DNA of 64,000 nucleotides from a virus. The notes beneath the pieces were generated by a model. The model did not search any database. It worked only from the letters and a program-made list of their open reading frames with translations, and was not told the origin of the DNA. Shown here in pieces: positions 35,267-44,692 of the stretch. The position numbers and the translations under genes were made by a program. The stretch lies in IMG/VR virus record IMGVR_UViG_3300045988_035499; one strand, given 5' to 3'. The stretch's first letter is position 1. The number at the start of each line of letters is the position of its first letter.

Positions 35267-36181
35267 TTAGCAACCACAACCACAACCGTCGTTGTAACCG
35301 AATCCATAACCAGTGTATCCACCGTTACATCCGAAAGGGTTACATGTCAGATAAGCAGGAACCGGACACGGTCTGATCTGATTTACGATATTAGCTGTTT
35401 GAGCCTACTGAGAAGCAGCGAACTGCAATGTTTGTTTGTCATCACGCAGAGCGTCAATCTTATTCTGCATTTCTCTCATTTCAAGCTGACAGAACTTGTC
35501 ATTGATGATCTGAGTTTGTGCATCTATTTTAGAACCAAGGATATTAAACTTGGTAGCATTGTCCTGAATCAAGTTATTGAAACCACCAGTAATTGCATTC
35601 TGCAGAGTATTAGTCTGGTTACATACTGATAATTGATTTTCATAACCCATCTTAGTAATGTTGTTATTTACTCCGCTAATGGATTCTCTAACATCGCAGC
35701 AGCAGCTAGCCAACTGAGAAGCAAGAGTTGCATTACCAGAACCAATAGCGTTAATTACTTCACAACTAGCTAACTTAGTATCACAAGATACCTGACTTAC
35801 ACCAGCGTTAATTTGATTTAAAGCAGCTTGAACAGAATTAAGATCACAGTTCAAAGTGCTAGACAAAGTACTGATAGCCTCCTTGTTTCCATTAATAGCC
35901 TGCATAAGCAGATTAGTATTAGCATCAGTGTTCAGTTCAGAAGCCAAGCGACTAGCTTCATTGTTACCACGACCGAAGCCGTTGCCACCGAAACCACCCC
36001 AGCAGAAGAAGATCAAAATGATCCAAATCCACCACCAGCCACCATTACCGCCCATGCCATTGTTGTTCATCATAGCCATAAGAGCTGCGGGGTCCATACT
36101 ACCTTTATTAGCGTTCTGCATTAAAGCAGCAAGACCAGCATCGAAACCACGGTCTTGTACTATAATTCTATCTTCTAACAT
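35267..36181 (-). CDS. membrane-anchored Cys-rich protein of unknown function (304 aa)
   Basis: It has a Trp-rich hydrophobic helix GGWWWIWIILIFFCWGGFGG, about 15 Cys and a C-terminus ...GYTGYGFGYNDGCGCGC. One TAG at 35405 is read through to TAA 35267. It is visibly more G+C-rich than its flanks. Confidence 0.6.
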
Positions 36182-36210
36182 AATTGATTTAATTTAAAAT
36201 TGATTTTTGA

Positions 36211-36843
36211 TTAATATCTAACATAGCGAGTAGCTCTACTACGTCCATATTCTGTATAAGGATCATACTCTCTTTCTCTTTCTTTTTCAAAGAGTTTGTC
36301 GTATTCTTCACGTTCAACATCGTATCTGTTTCCATAAACTCTACGACCATACATACCTCCACGTCTACCACCTCTACGGTACAGACCAGCATGTTCATAT
36401 TCGTCTTCATCGTCTTCTTCGTATTTACCACGTTTGGATACTTCTTCTTCGTAGCATTCCATTTCAGCATCTCTGATCTTATCACACATAACGTAAATAT
36501 AGTAATACCACATTTTGCCTTCTTCAATGTCTTTATCATTTAACCAGGCTTTAGCGAATTCTACAAAATTCTTAGTGCTATTAGAATTAGTGATGCTTAA
36601 CATTACTTTATAGTAATCAGAATATACCATGTTGAGTGCAACAAACCAGTCATAACGATTAAACTTATGATTTAAGTTTATGCCATATTGATTTGCTAAT
36701 GCAGTAGTTTCCTCGAGAGACCAATGAGCGCCACGTGTGCCATCCTCATTTTCCATTTTACTTACAGCTTTACGAGCTTTTTCCTCATTGAAATGAGGTC
36801 CGTGTTCCATCTCGTAAGCCTTTTCACGAAATATTCTATGCAT
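36211..36843 (-). CDS. hypothetical protein with an Arg/Gly/Tyr/Glu-rich tail (210 aa)
   Basis: Uninterrupted ORF with no TAG. The C-terminus reads GLYRRGGRRGGMYGRRVYGNRYDVEREEYDKLFEKEREREYD. It is G+C-richer than its flanks. Ends in TAA. Confidence 0.6.
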   Translation of the reverse strand: MHRIFREKAYEMEHGPHFNEEKARKAVSKMENEDGTRGAHWSLEETTALANQYGINLNHKFNRYDWFVALNMVYSDYYKVMLSITNSNSTKNFVEFAKAWLNDKDIEEGKMWYYYIYVMCDKIRDAEMECYEEEVSKRGKYEEDDEDEYEHAGLYRRGGRRGGMYGRRVYGNRYDVEREEYDKLFEKEREREYDPYTEYGRSRATRYVRY

Positions 36844-36875
36844 ATTATTATTGATTAATATTTATTTGAATATAA

Positions 36876-37514
36876 TTATTTTGGTACTTCTATTATTCGA
36901 GTACCTGTTACCTTTATCAAAGGATTTGAATTTACTATCTGATATTGTTTGGTATGTATTTTCTTCCAATCAAAGTGCCAGAACCTAACCCAGCCATTTT
37001 TGTACTTAGTACGGTATTCCTTTTTTTCTTCTATGAAAATAGTTTGCTAGTTCTTTATGTCTAACTTGGCTGTTAGGATTGAGTCCTTTCTACTAACTAT
37101 GATAGTTGTTAATGGATTAAGTTTTAATTCCTCCTTAAAGTCTACTGTTTTATGCTTTATTACAGTTTTAATAGAATCTTTAACCTCTGTATTGATTACA
37201 CTTACATTTGTTAGGTTCTTGTCTTTGATCTTTAATTCTTTCTAAGTATTTTTTATCTACTGTATAAGACTATCTTTACTAGCATTTAATTCTTCTATAG
37301 TAAGCTATAATACTCTATTTTGTTTTTCCTTATTAGTAGCAATATCCTCATACGCTCTAACGTTGTTAGTTATTCTGTCTAATTCTTTGTCCTTTTTTTT
37401 GAGCTAATGGTTCTAATAAAAAACAGTCGCAATAAGTAAACTAACTAAACCTACTGCGACTGCTTTGTAATTTCCTGTGAACCAATTAACTATCTTTGCT
37501 ATTATTGGAATCAT
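36876..37514 (-). CDS. spanin-like protein (N-terminal TM plus coiled coil, 212 aa)
   Basis: ATG 37514 lies inside the holin 3' end. It has a TM segment AVAVGLVSLLIATVFY followed by a charged coiled-coil region. It contains 6 in-frame TAG. Ends in TAA at 36876. Confidence 0.45.
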
Positions 37515-37965
37515 CTGGTAAATCTTTATCTAATGATATATCTAAATATTTTTCTCCCTTTGCTTTGATCACTTTCTTGAGTATCTTCCAAATCTTCCAT
37601 TTGGGATACAACTCGCAGAATGATTCTAATAACGACCAAAATTCTACTAATGCTATCATACCTGCTACAATCTCTACAGCATGTATATTAACAGATGTTA
37701 TTATCAACTGGTCAATAATAGAAGCACTTGTTATAGCTACGCCAGCATCTCTAACCTTCCATAAAGTTTTCCATGCCTTATGAGACTCTATTTTAGGATG
37801 ACCGCATTTTTTAGATACTTTATAACCATATAAAGCATCCAACAGTATCAATGCTCCTACGGCAGTGATAGGTATCCATATAGGTACAAATATTAAAATG
37901 AGACCTGTAATTATTGAGGCCACACATTTATCTGCACTACTGAACATGTTTTTGAAAATTGACAT
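37486..37965 (-). CDS. holin (phage_holin_4-like)
   Basis: Multiple TM helices are present (ASIITGLILIFVPIWIPITAVGALILLDALYGYKVSKK...; AGMIALVEFWSLLES). There is no TAG. The start is 37965 or 37995. Ends in TAA. Confidence 0.6.
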   Translation of the reverse strand: MSIFKNMFSSADKCVASIITGLILIFVPIWIPITAVGALILLDALYGYKVSKKCGHPKIESHKAWKTLWKVRDAGVAITSASIIDQLIITSVNIHAVEIVAGMIALVEFWSLLESFCELYPKWKIWKILKKVIKAKGEKYLDISLDKDLPDDSNNSKDS

Positions 37966-38024
37966 AGTATGTTCTCCTAATTGTTGATAAGTCATAGATA
38001 GTAGAATGATAGTAAGTTGTAATC

Positions 38025-38066
38025 AAAAAGCCCTAGAGATTAAAGGGGAGTAAAATCTGCTAGGGC
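38025..38066 (-). terminator. probable terminator upstream of the holin operon
   Basis: Stem GCCCTAG/CTAGGGC extends by AGATT/AATCT (38030-38066) and is followed on the minus strand by TTTTTGATT. Confidence 0.45.
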
Positions 38067-38165
38067 CTGTTATTTTGTTGAGATTATATTTTATATAACG
38101 GTGTAGTTATAAGTATGTTGCTACGCATTCTTATTTCTGAATAAGAACTAATAGCTCTTTATACT

Positions 38166-40256
38166 TTAAGATGCTGCATTTACAGGATATGGATTAAATG
38201 TCAAACGTGTACCTATATCATTGTTTTTGTTACCAAATAAAGTATAACCAGTGTAGGAGAATAATCCAGCACCTGAAGAATTATTACTAGCACCACCAAA
38301 TGTTATCATCTTCGTATCTGTGGTAGCGTTAACAGAGCATTCGTCACAATAGTATGTATTACTTGTAGCAGATGTTTCTTTCGCAAATATATCTGCAGAG
38401 TTATTACCAATTATCTGTGAAATATAGCCATCTGTAGTTGATATACTAAACGCAGGTTTAGTCATATCCATAGTCCACTTATCAGTATCTGTACTAATAT
38501 ATATGTTATTATCAGTTCCTGCAAGTGCAATATCTATCACAGCTTTTTTAATATGACCAAATGGATTCTCTATACCTCTATATCTAGGAACATATACAGT
38601 ATAGTTACCACCATTGTTCTAGTAGCTATAAGGCTTAGCACCAGTACCATTGCCATATTCATGAGTGGTACCAGTAGGTACAAATGCATAAGCTCCATTT
38701 TTTTGAGATTTGGTTACGCCTGCACCCAATCCTCCTTGATTGAACTCATTTTCCATGAAATCTACTTCTTTCGTTGTATAAAGGTCATCTTGAGTGTTTC
38801 TATTCGCAAATTCTACAACGAATAACCAAACTAAAGTTTTATGAGCCTAATAAGTATAAACATTCCAATGATTTGATCTATTTCTGCCTCTGGCATATGC
38901 CTGCATTAAGTTTAAAGTAAGGTTAGTAGTTGGAATATTCGTACTTGATTGATTACTTGACACAGAGCGTAATAAAGTAGGAGTACTGGCAACTTCCGTT
39001 GCTTCGTATGCTGCAATATATTGTTTAGGTACTTTTTCAAATCCAGGCAGATTGTATTCACTTAATCTGATTTCTACCTCATTGTTTGGAGTAGATACTA
39101 GTAATCTGTAGTGCTCTGGTATTTCTACAAAATACTCTGGTGCATATCCTGCAGAGTCTACAGCAATTGCTGTTCCATCTTCCCACCTAGACCAATTTTC
39201 TGGATCAAGATACTTAATAACATCATCTGCGTTATTAATAGTACAGCCTCTCATCTTACTTTGAATAGGTAGTGTACTATGCATTCTTCTATTACCTGTA
39301 CGTCGTCCTTTTGGGCTAGAGTCAGTAAACCTAACTCCGTACCACAGACAACTATCAATCTAATTATATGATTCTGACAGAGCTATAAAGTCTGTAGATC
39401 CCATTAATCCTACACTATCATAGTAGGCTCTTTCAATATAAATATTTGACTAATTGTTCTGTTCATATTGTTTTGTGATATCATTATACTGATAATAGTC
39501 ATAGTCAATATAGACTCCATTATCTTCATAACGAACATCCATAGAATTATTCAAAATAGTAGTTGGAATAGAAGCTACTCTGTCAGTAACAGCTTTACCT
39601 TTATCTCCAGGATAGGCTGTAGAAGAATTTTCACCTAAAGCGATAGACGGACTAATCTCTATATAATCAGAACCAGACCAACGATATGTTAAATTGGTAT
39701 TCTATGCTACATATATCTTACCAGATTCCCCAGTAATAGGGAATGATGATAGATTAGCATACTCAAGTACATCATCTACATAGGAAGGAAGTTGACTTTC
39801 AGGTATCTTACCATTAGAATTCAAAGAAGCTATACCACCTGCTACACCTTTAGTAGCCTCAAATGCCATGTGTCTATCTTCTAAGTCATCTAAATTATCC
39901 TGTAAAGTTTTATCTGCAGCTTTTCTGTCTGCTACTTCCTAACTTAACTTACCTGGTAATTCAACTAAGTAATTAGGTATCTGACTATTAGGAACTTTAC
40001 CGTCTGAGTCAAGTGATGCAAGACCATTAGGTTGAGCTTTAGTAGACTTAAAGTTCTGTAAATCTTCATTTACGGCTTTAATCTTCTCATATTGATCTAC
40101 ATTTGTGTCTTTATTCAAAGGTATCCATTCGTCCCCTTTAAAAGACTTAACTACGTTACCACTAGGGTCGCTAGCTAAATCAATCCAGTAAGAAACTTCC
40201 TTAGGGTTAGGAGCATATTGTGATGCTACAAAATTAGGGTTTTCTTTTCTTATCAT
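38166..40256 (-). CDS. tail fibre protein (696 aa)
   Basis: Fragments 38166-38540, 38847-39284 and 39939-40256 are co-framed with only TAG between them. The N-terminal anchor-like NPKEVSYWIDL is shared with 43038-44003. It carries two GLASLDSxGK(V/I)PxSQ(L/I)P motifs and a YVDDVLEY...GKIYV...YRWSG cassette. Confidence 0.75.
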
Positions 40257-40267
40257 AAGTATAAAAA

Positions 40268-42667
40268 TTAAAATTGTTCAAAAGTCGAATTATCATCGAA
40301 GTTGTTTATTCCTTCATCATTATATATAGTTCTATCGTCATCTACTAAACTCATAGTAGAAATACTATTAACTGCGGGAGCAATAAACTCTGTACCGAAA
40401 GGAGTATAAACAACCCAAGTACCATCTGCCATTGTAGTTAATGTAACGATAGTACCTCCATGTGCTACATTCTTAGCAAGTTCTGCAAGCATTTGACTTG
40501 ACTGTTCATTAATCTTAGCAGGATCTGCATTAAATGACTCTATATTAAGATTCCATAAACTAGGTACTATAGTTGTATTAGGAAATATTTCTATTCCAGT
40601 AGTATTAGTTATTACTTTGTCTACGAATGCACGAGATCTTATTTCTACTCTACCAAGATTGCCAAACTTAATACCTTGTCCTATACCATATTTAATTCTA
40701 GTGCCCCATACTAATTGACCGTAACTATTACCTTGATTAGCGGATTCTACTATCACTCCCTTGTTATAATACGCTCTAAAAGTATTACAGTTAAAATGCG
40801 GATAGAAATAACAGTATTGACATGGACCTAAGATATTGTACCCCATCCAGTCTTGCCACATACTGTTATACCAATATTCTCCATCTGGAGCACCAATATA
40901 AGAGCTAGCTCCTTCTAGCTTAATATTTGCATCAGAACCAAATAGCAAACATTCATTACATTCTGTAAATTGCATTCCTTTATAGTAGCCAAACATTACA
41001 CAGCCTTTAATAGTATCAGCATCTATCTTACTAAGAGTACCGTTAATATAGCTGTTTTCTAATCTTCCAATATTATTCCATGACCAATTTCTACCTATGA
41101 TCAAACAACCAGACATACCGTGTTTTTGTCCAAATCTGCACTTGCCAAATTGTGCACTTTGCAGAGACGGATCATAACCTCTTAGTAATACTGTATTAGC
41201 ACATTTACCATAAGTATATATTTCATTATCGAATACAGTAGTAGATGCACTATTAATTACAGAATCTGAAAATGCCATCACAAAATTAGCTACAGTGAAC
41301 CTATCATTTAGACCTTTATAGCCATAATAATCATTACTTTTTATTCTAGTATTATATATCAAATAATCTGTAGTACTATTATATTTCATTCTTTCAGATG
41401 CATCTGTACCATTATAGTCAAATGTATATCTGTCCATATAATCTTCTGAATCTACAGTTACATTGCACTGCCCCATCTTATTAGCATAACCAGTATTAGT
41501 AGCCACAGAAATACCATTTTTAGCGTACATATCGGTCTACCAAGCTAAGTACTTGTCATTCTGATTCTTAGTAGTATTCTGATACGGCTTCAAATTATCT
41601 CTAATGTAATCCTCATGAAAAGCGGTCTTGGAAGCCATGTCAGGTATTAAAGAATTGCCTCTGTATGTACCATTGAATATAGCAGGTATGAGGTTTACTT
41701 CATTCTCTTCTCCAGAACCTATTATCTGTCGTCCATCTGACATATTGTAAGAGGTAGTCCTTGATGTCATTACTCTGTATGGACCAAACTTACCACCAGT
41801 GCCATCATTAGGAGTCATATTTGCAGTAATATCTTTAATTGCCCATCTTCTGAACTTAACATGTTTAAAGTCATAGCAAGCAGAGTTCTTGTTCATATCC
41901 TCCATATAATATACGCAACCAGTAGGATGATATGTAGTCATACCTTTAGTAAATAGTAATTCTTCAGGGTCAATAGTGTAAAGACATTTACGTATTGGCA
42001 CATACCCTGGCTTTCTAATGTAGAATACCTCTTCATCAAACTTATCTTCAGATATAGCTCTAAGTATTATACACTCTACATCCTTTGCAGGTTGATTCAT
42101 TTCAAATCCTTCATCTGTACCCATTGAAGGATGATTATAAGCACATGTATAATCTGTTATACCATAATAGCCACCTACTACTAACTTCTTTTCTTTACAT
42201 AAACTAAAAATAGCATCATACTGTCCCTTCATAACATGCTATGCTTCTATCATGCTATATAGATAATCGTATGCTGTATCTACACGTCCGTCATTATAAC
42301 TTTTATAACTATTAAGTTCGGACTGTAACCCGTTAACTAGACTACTTGTGCTAGATTCTAAAGTAGATACTGTAGTTTGAAGTGTAGATATATCAGTAGT
42401 ATTTTGGTCTACTATGGGATCATAATAATCACGTATATTTGGTTCTATCGTGTTCATAGTAGAAACAACATACTATATATCTTTAGATCTTTCATCTGCT
42501 TCAGTATTTATATCGCTTTTGAGTTCATTATATATCTCATCTACAGCAAATGATTTAATTTTAGAAGCACTAACAGCTTTATTATCCCCTTCTGATACTA
42601 TAGGAATTATTTCTTCACCAGTAAGCGTATCCTATACTGGTAATTGTGATATTTTTAAATCAGTCAT
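40268..42667 (-). CDS. tail fibre/tailspike protein (799 aa)
   Basis: Track ORFs 42239-42457, 41537-42232 and 40268-41530 share a frame and are joined by single TAG codons. The N-terminus MTDLKISQLPV is typical of fibres and spikes. The Cys/Gly/Asn-rich body may be a beta-helix (inference). Confidence 0.7.
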
Positions 42668-43035
42668 TCTAATATAATTTTATTTCCGGTTTCCAACAAT
42701 AGGTAGTGAGTATCTTCGGTTTCCAACAATAGGTAGTATCCAGTAGGAGGTGTTACTCCACCCTTAGGCAATCTCCATCTACCTAATACGGTAGATCCTA
42801 GATCTGTATACTAACTTATCTCTATAGACTTACCAGATAAGGAAGATAAATCAATTTCACGAGTATTCTTGAATATTACTTTGTTACTCTAGTTATCTAA
42901 ATCTTTAACAATAAGCATACCTGAGAATATAGCAGTCTCAACAAAATCATCCTTAGGTATTATATTATATAACTATGGAAATACATAGTATGCCTAAGGA
43001 TTAATAAATATTGGATTATACAATGATGTCTTCAT
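42664..43035 (-). CDS. small protein with a C-terminal YLLLE repeat (123 aa), fibre-associated
   Basis: ATG 43035 to TGA 42664, which overlaps the next start as ATGA. It contains 4 in-frame TAG. It ends GYYLLLETEDTHYLLLETGNKIILE. Confidence 0.55.
42687..42737 (-). repeat. 30-bp-period tandem duplication (21-nt identical core, two copies) inside a coding region
   Basis: CGGTTTCCAACAATAGGTAGT occurs at 42687-42707 and again at 42717-42737. It encodes the duplicated YLLLET motif. Confidence 0.85.
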
Positions 43036-43037
43036 AC

Positions 43038-44003
43038 TTACTCTTTCCAGAACCCAGCTGGAGCACTTACTTTATTAAATACTACATTATCAGAAGTTGC
43101 TAAACCTAATTGAGCTCTAGTCACTACATGAGGATTATCTCTTCTATTAATATGATTATTCAACGCAGACTGTAGACTAGTTATAGATGTAGATAAACTT
43201 CCTACTGTGCTCTCTAAACTACTTACTCTATTCTTTACAGCAGTCATATCTGTCTGTAATGTATTTATATCTCCTTCTATGGTAGTTATATCTCCACCTT
43301 GATTATTTATCTATTCTTGGATGTTAGTAATGCTAGAATCAATGCTGTTAAGTTCATTATTGATATTAGTTATACTACCATCGATATTGTCTATTCTATT
43401 GTCAATATTAGTAATATCAGTATTAATGTTACTGATACTATCGTCAATATTATCAATTCTAGTGTCTAAGTTATTAACAGTATTAGTAAGATTAGTTATT
43501 TTAGAATTAACACTACTAATCTGTTGGTCAATATATGTTCTTACTCCACTAATACTATTATCTATATATGTAACTAACTATCCAATTTGACTGTTTACTT
43601 CTTGCTTAAAAGTATTAAAATCACTTCTAATAGCTGTTATACTATCGTCTACATAAGTCTCAAGATTACTAATCTAATTCCTTACATACATTTCTAGTTG
43701 ATCTATCTTAGCTTGTACTTCAATCTATAAGTCATCTATTCTACTATTGACATTATTGATATTAAGCCATAGATCATTTTCTAACCTGCTTATTTCAGAT
43801 TCTACCCACTTCTTAAGCTCTGCTATTATTTGTTTAAGTAGCTCTGGATTAGGTTCTATTACTTCCCAAGTAAGAGTATCATTTCTATAATACTTAATGA
43901 TGCCTCCATATCTGTTAGCAGTAATGTCTATCCAGTAATCTACTTCTAAGGGATTAGGCTGATTCTCTGCAGCTCTAAATCTTACTACTTCTCTCTGTAA
44001 CAT
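43038..44003 (-). CDS. tail fibre protein, coiled-coil type (321 aa)
   Basis: Fragments 43038-43247 and 43725-44003 are co-framed. It has an N-terminal NPLEVDYWIDI anchor-like domain and long I/N/D-rich heptad-like repeats. It ends ...NKVSAPAGFWKE then TAA. Confidence 0.7.
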
Positions 44004-44059
44004 AATTTTTGTTATGTATATTTTATTTTATATTTCTTTAGGTAAGTGTAGTACCTATT

Positions 44060-44503
44060 TTATGCTGCAAACTCTATTACCTTATTTTTAAACCCAGGGT
44101 CGTAACAATCTATATGAACCCACGAAACGGCCTTTTCTAATCTAATCTTATAAGGCAATTTATCCTGATTATCTTTAATCAACTGTCTAATTTCCTCAGC
44201 AGACTTAGCATTACAAGTAAAGTCTACTCCATTTCCAGTAACATGAGCTGACATATAAGGTCCAGTCTTAGCTTTAACTAATGGACACATATTACATCTT
44301 AATCCTCTCTGTTTGAGCTTACTAGTATTTACTATCATTGGTAGATTAATTATTTCTGTACGTAGTACTAATAAGGTATGCAATAAAGGAGTACTTAGAA
44401 ACATCCAAGCCTGTTCTTTGAACTTATCATATACATGATTACATACTAATTCTCCAATGCGAAAATACTGCTTTAATTCTTTAATTATTTGTTCTCGTTC
44501 CAT
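44060..44503 (-). CDS. endolysin, peptidase M15 (zinc D-Ala-D-Ala carboxypeptidase-like) family
   Basis: Motifs SAHVTGNGVDF (SxHxxGxAxD type) and WVHID are present. 147 aa with no TAG. Ends in TAA. Confidence 0.7.
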   Translation of the reverse strand: MEREQIIKELKQYFRIGELVCNHVYDKFKEQAWMFLSTPLLHTLLVLRTEIINLPMIVNTSKLKQRGLRCNMCPLVKAKTGPYMSAHVTGNGVDFTCNAKSAEEIRQLIKDNQDKLPYKIRLEKAVSWVHIDCYDPGFKNKVIEFAA

Positions 44504-44672
44504 TTCTATTTACGCCTTTATTTAATTCTACTCTATCTTGTAGCATATTACCCATTAAATCTGCAGCAAGGTTAAGACTGAACTCTTTATTATCATCGTC
44601 CATTCTGTCTACCTTACTATAGAGCTTAAGGAGTAGAACGTAAATCTACTCCAAAAGTTCTCTATCTGTCAT
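44481..44672 (-). CDS. small hypothetical protein (63 aa)
   Basis: ATG 44672 to TAA 44481 with one TAG. It overlaps the endolysin start by 23 nt. Confidence 0.35.
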
Positions 44673-44692
44673 ATGTACTAAGTATTGGTTCA

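Noticed and set aside
35828-36539. Alternative-frame ORFs over the G+C-richer genes (35828-36124 +, 35856-36197 +, 36189-36539 -)
   Set aside because: These are typical spurious open frames in G+C-richer coding DNA. They fully overlap the better-supported genes 35267-36181 and 36211-36843.
42687-42737. The direct repeat as a CRISPR-like or att-like element
   Set aside because: There are only two copies with a 9-nt spacer. The repeat is entirely inside a coding frame and duplicates a peptide motif.
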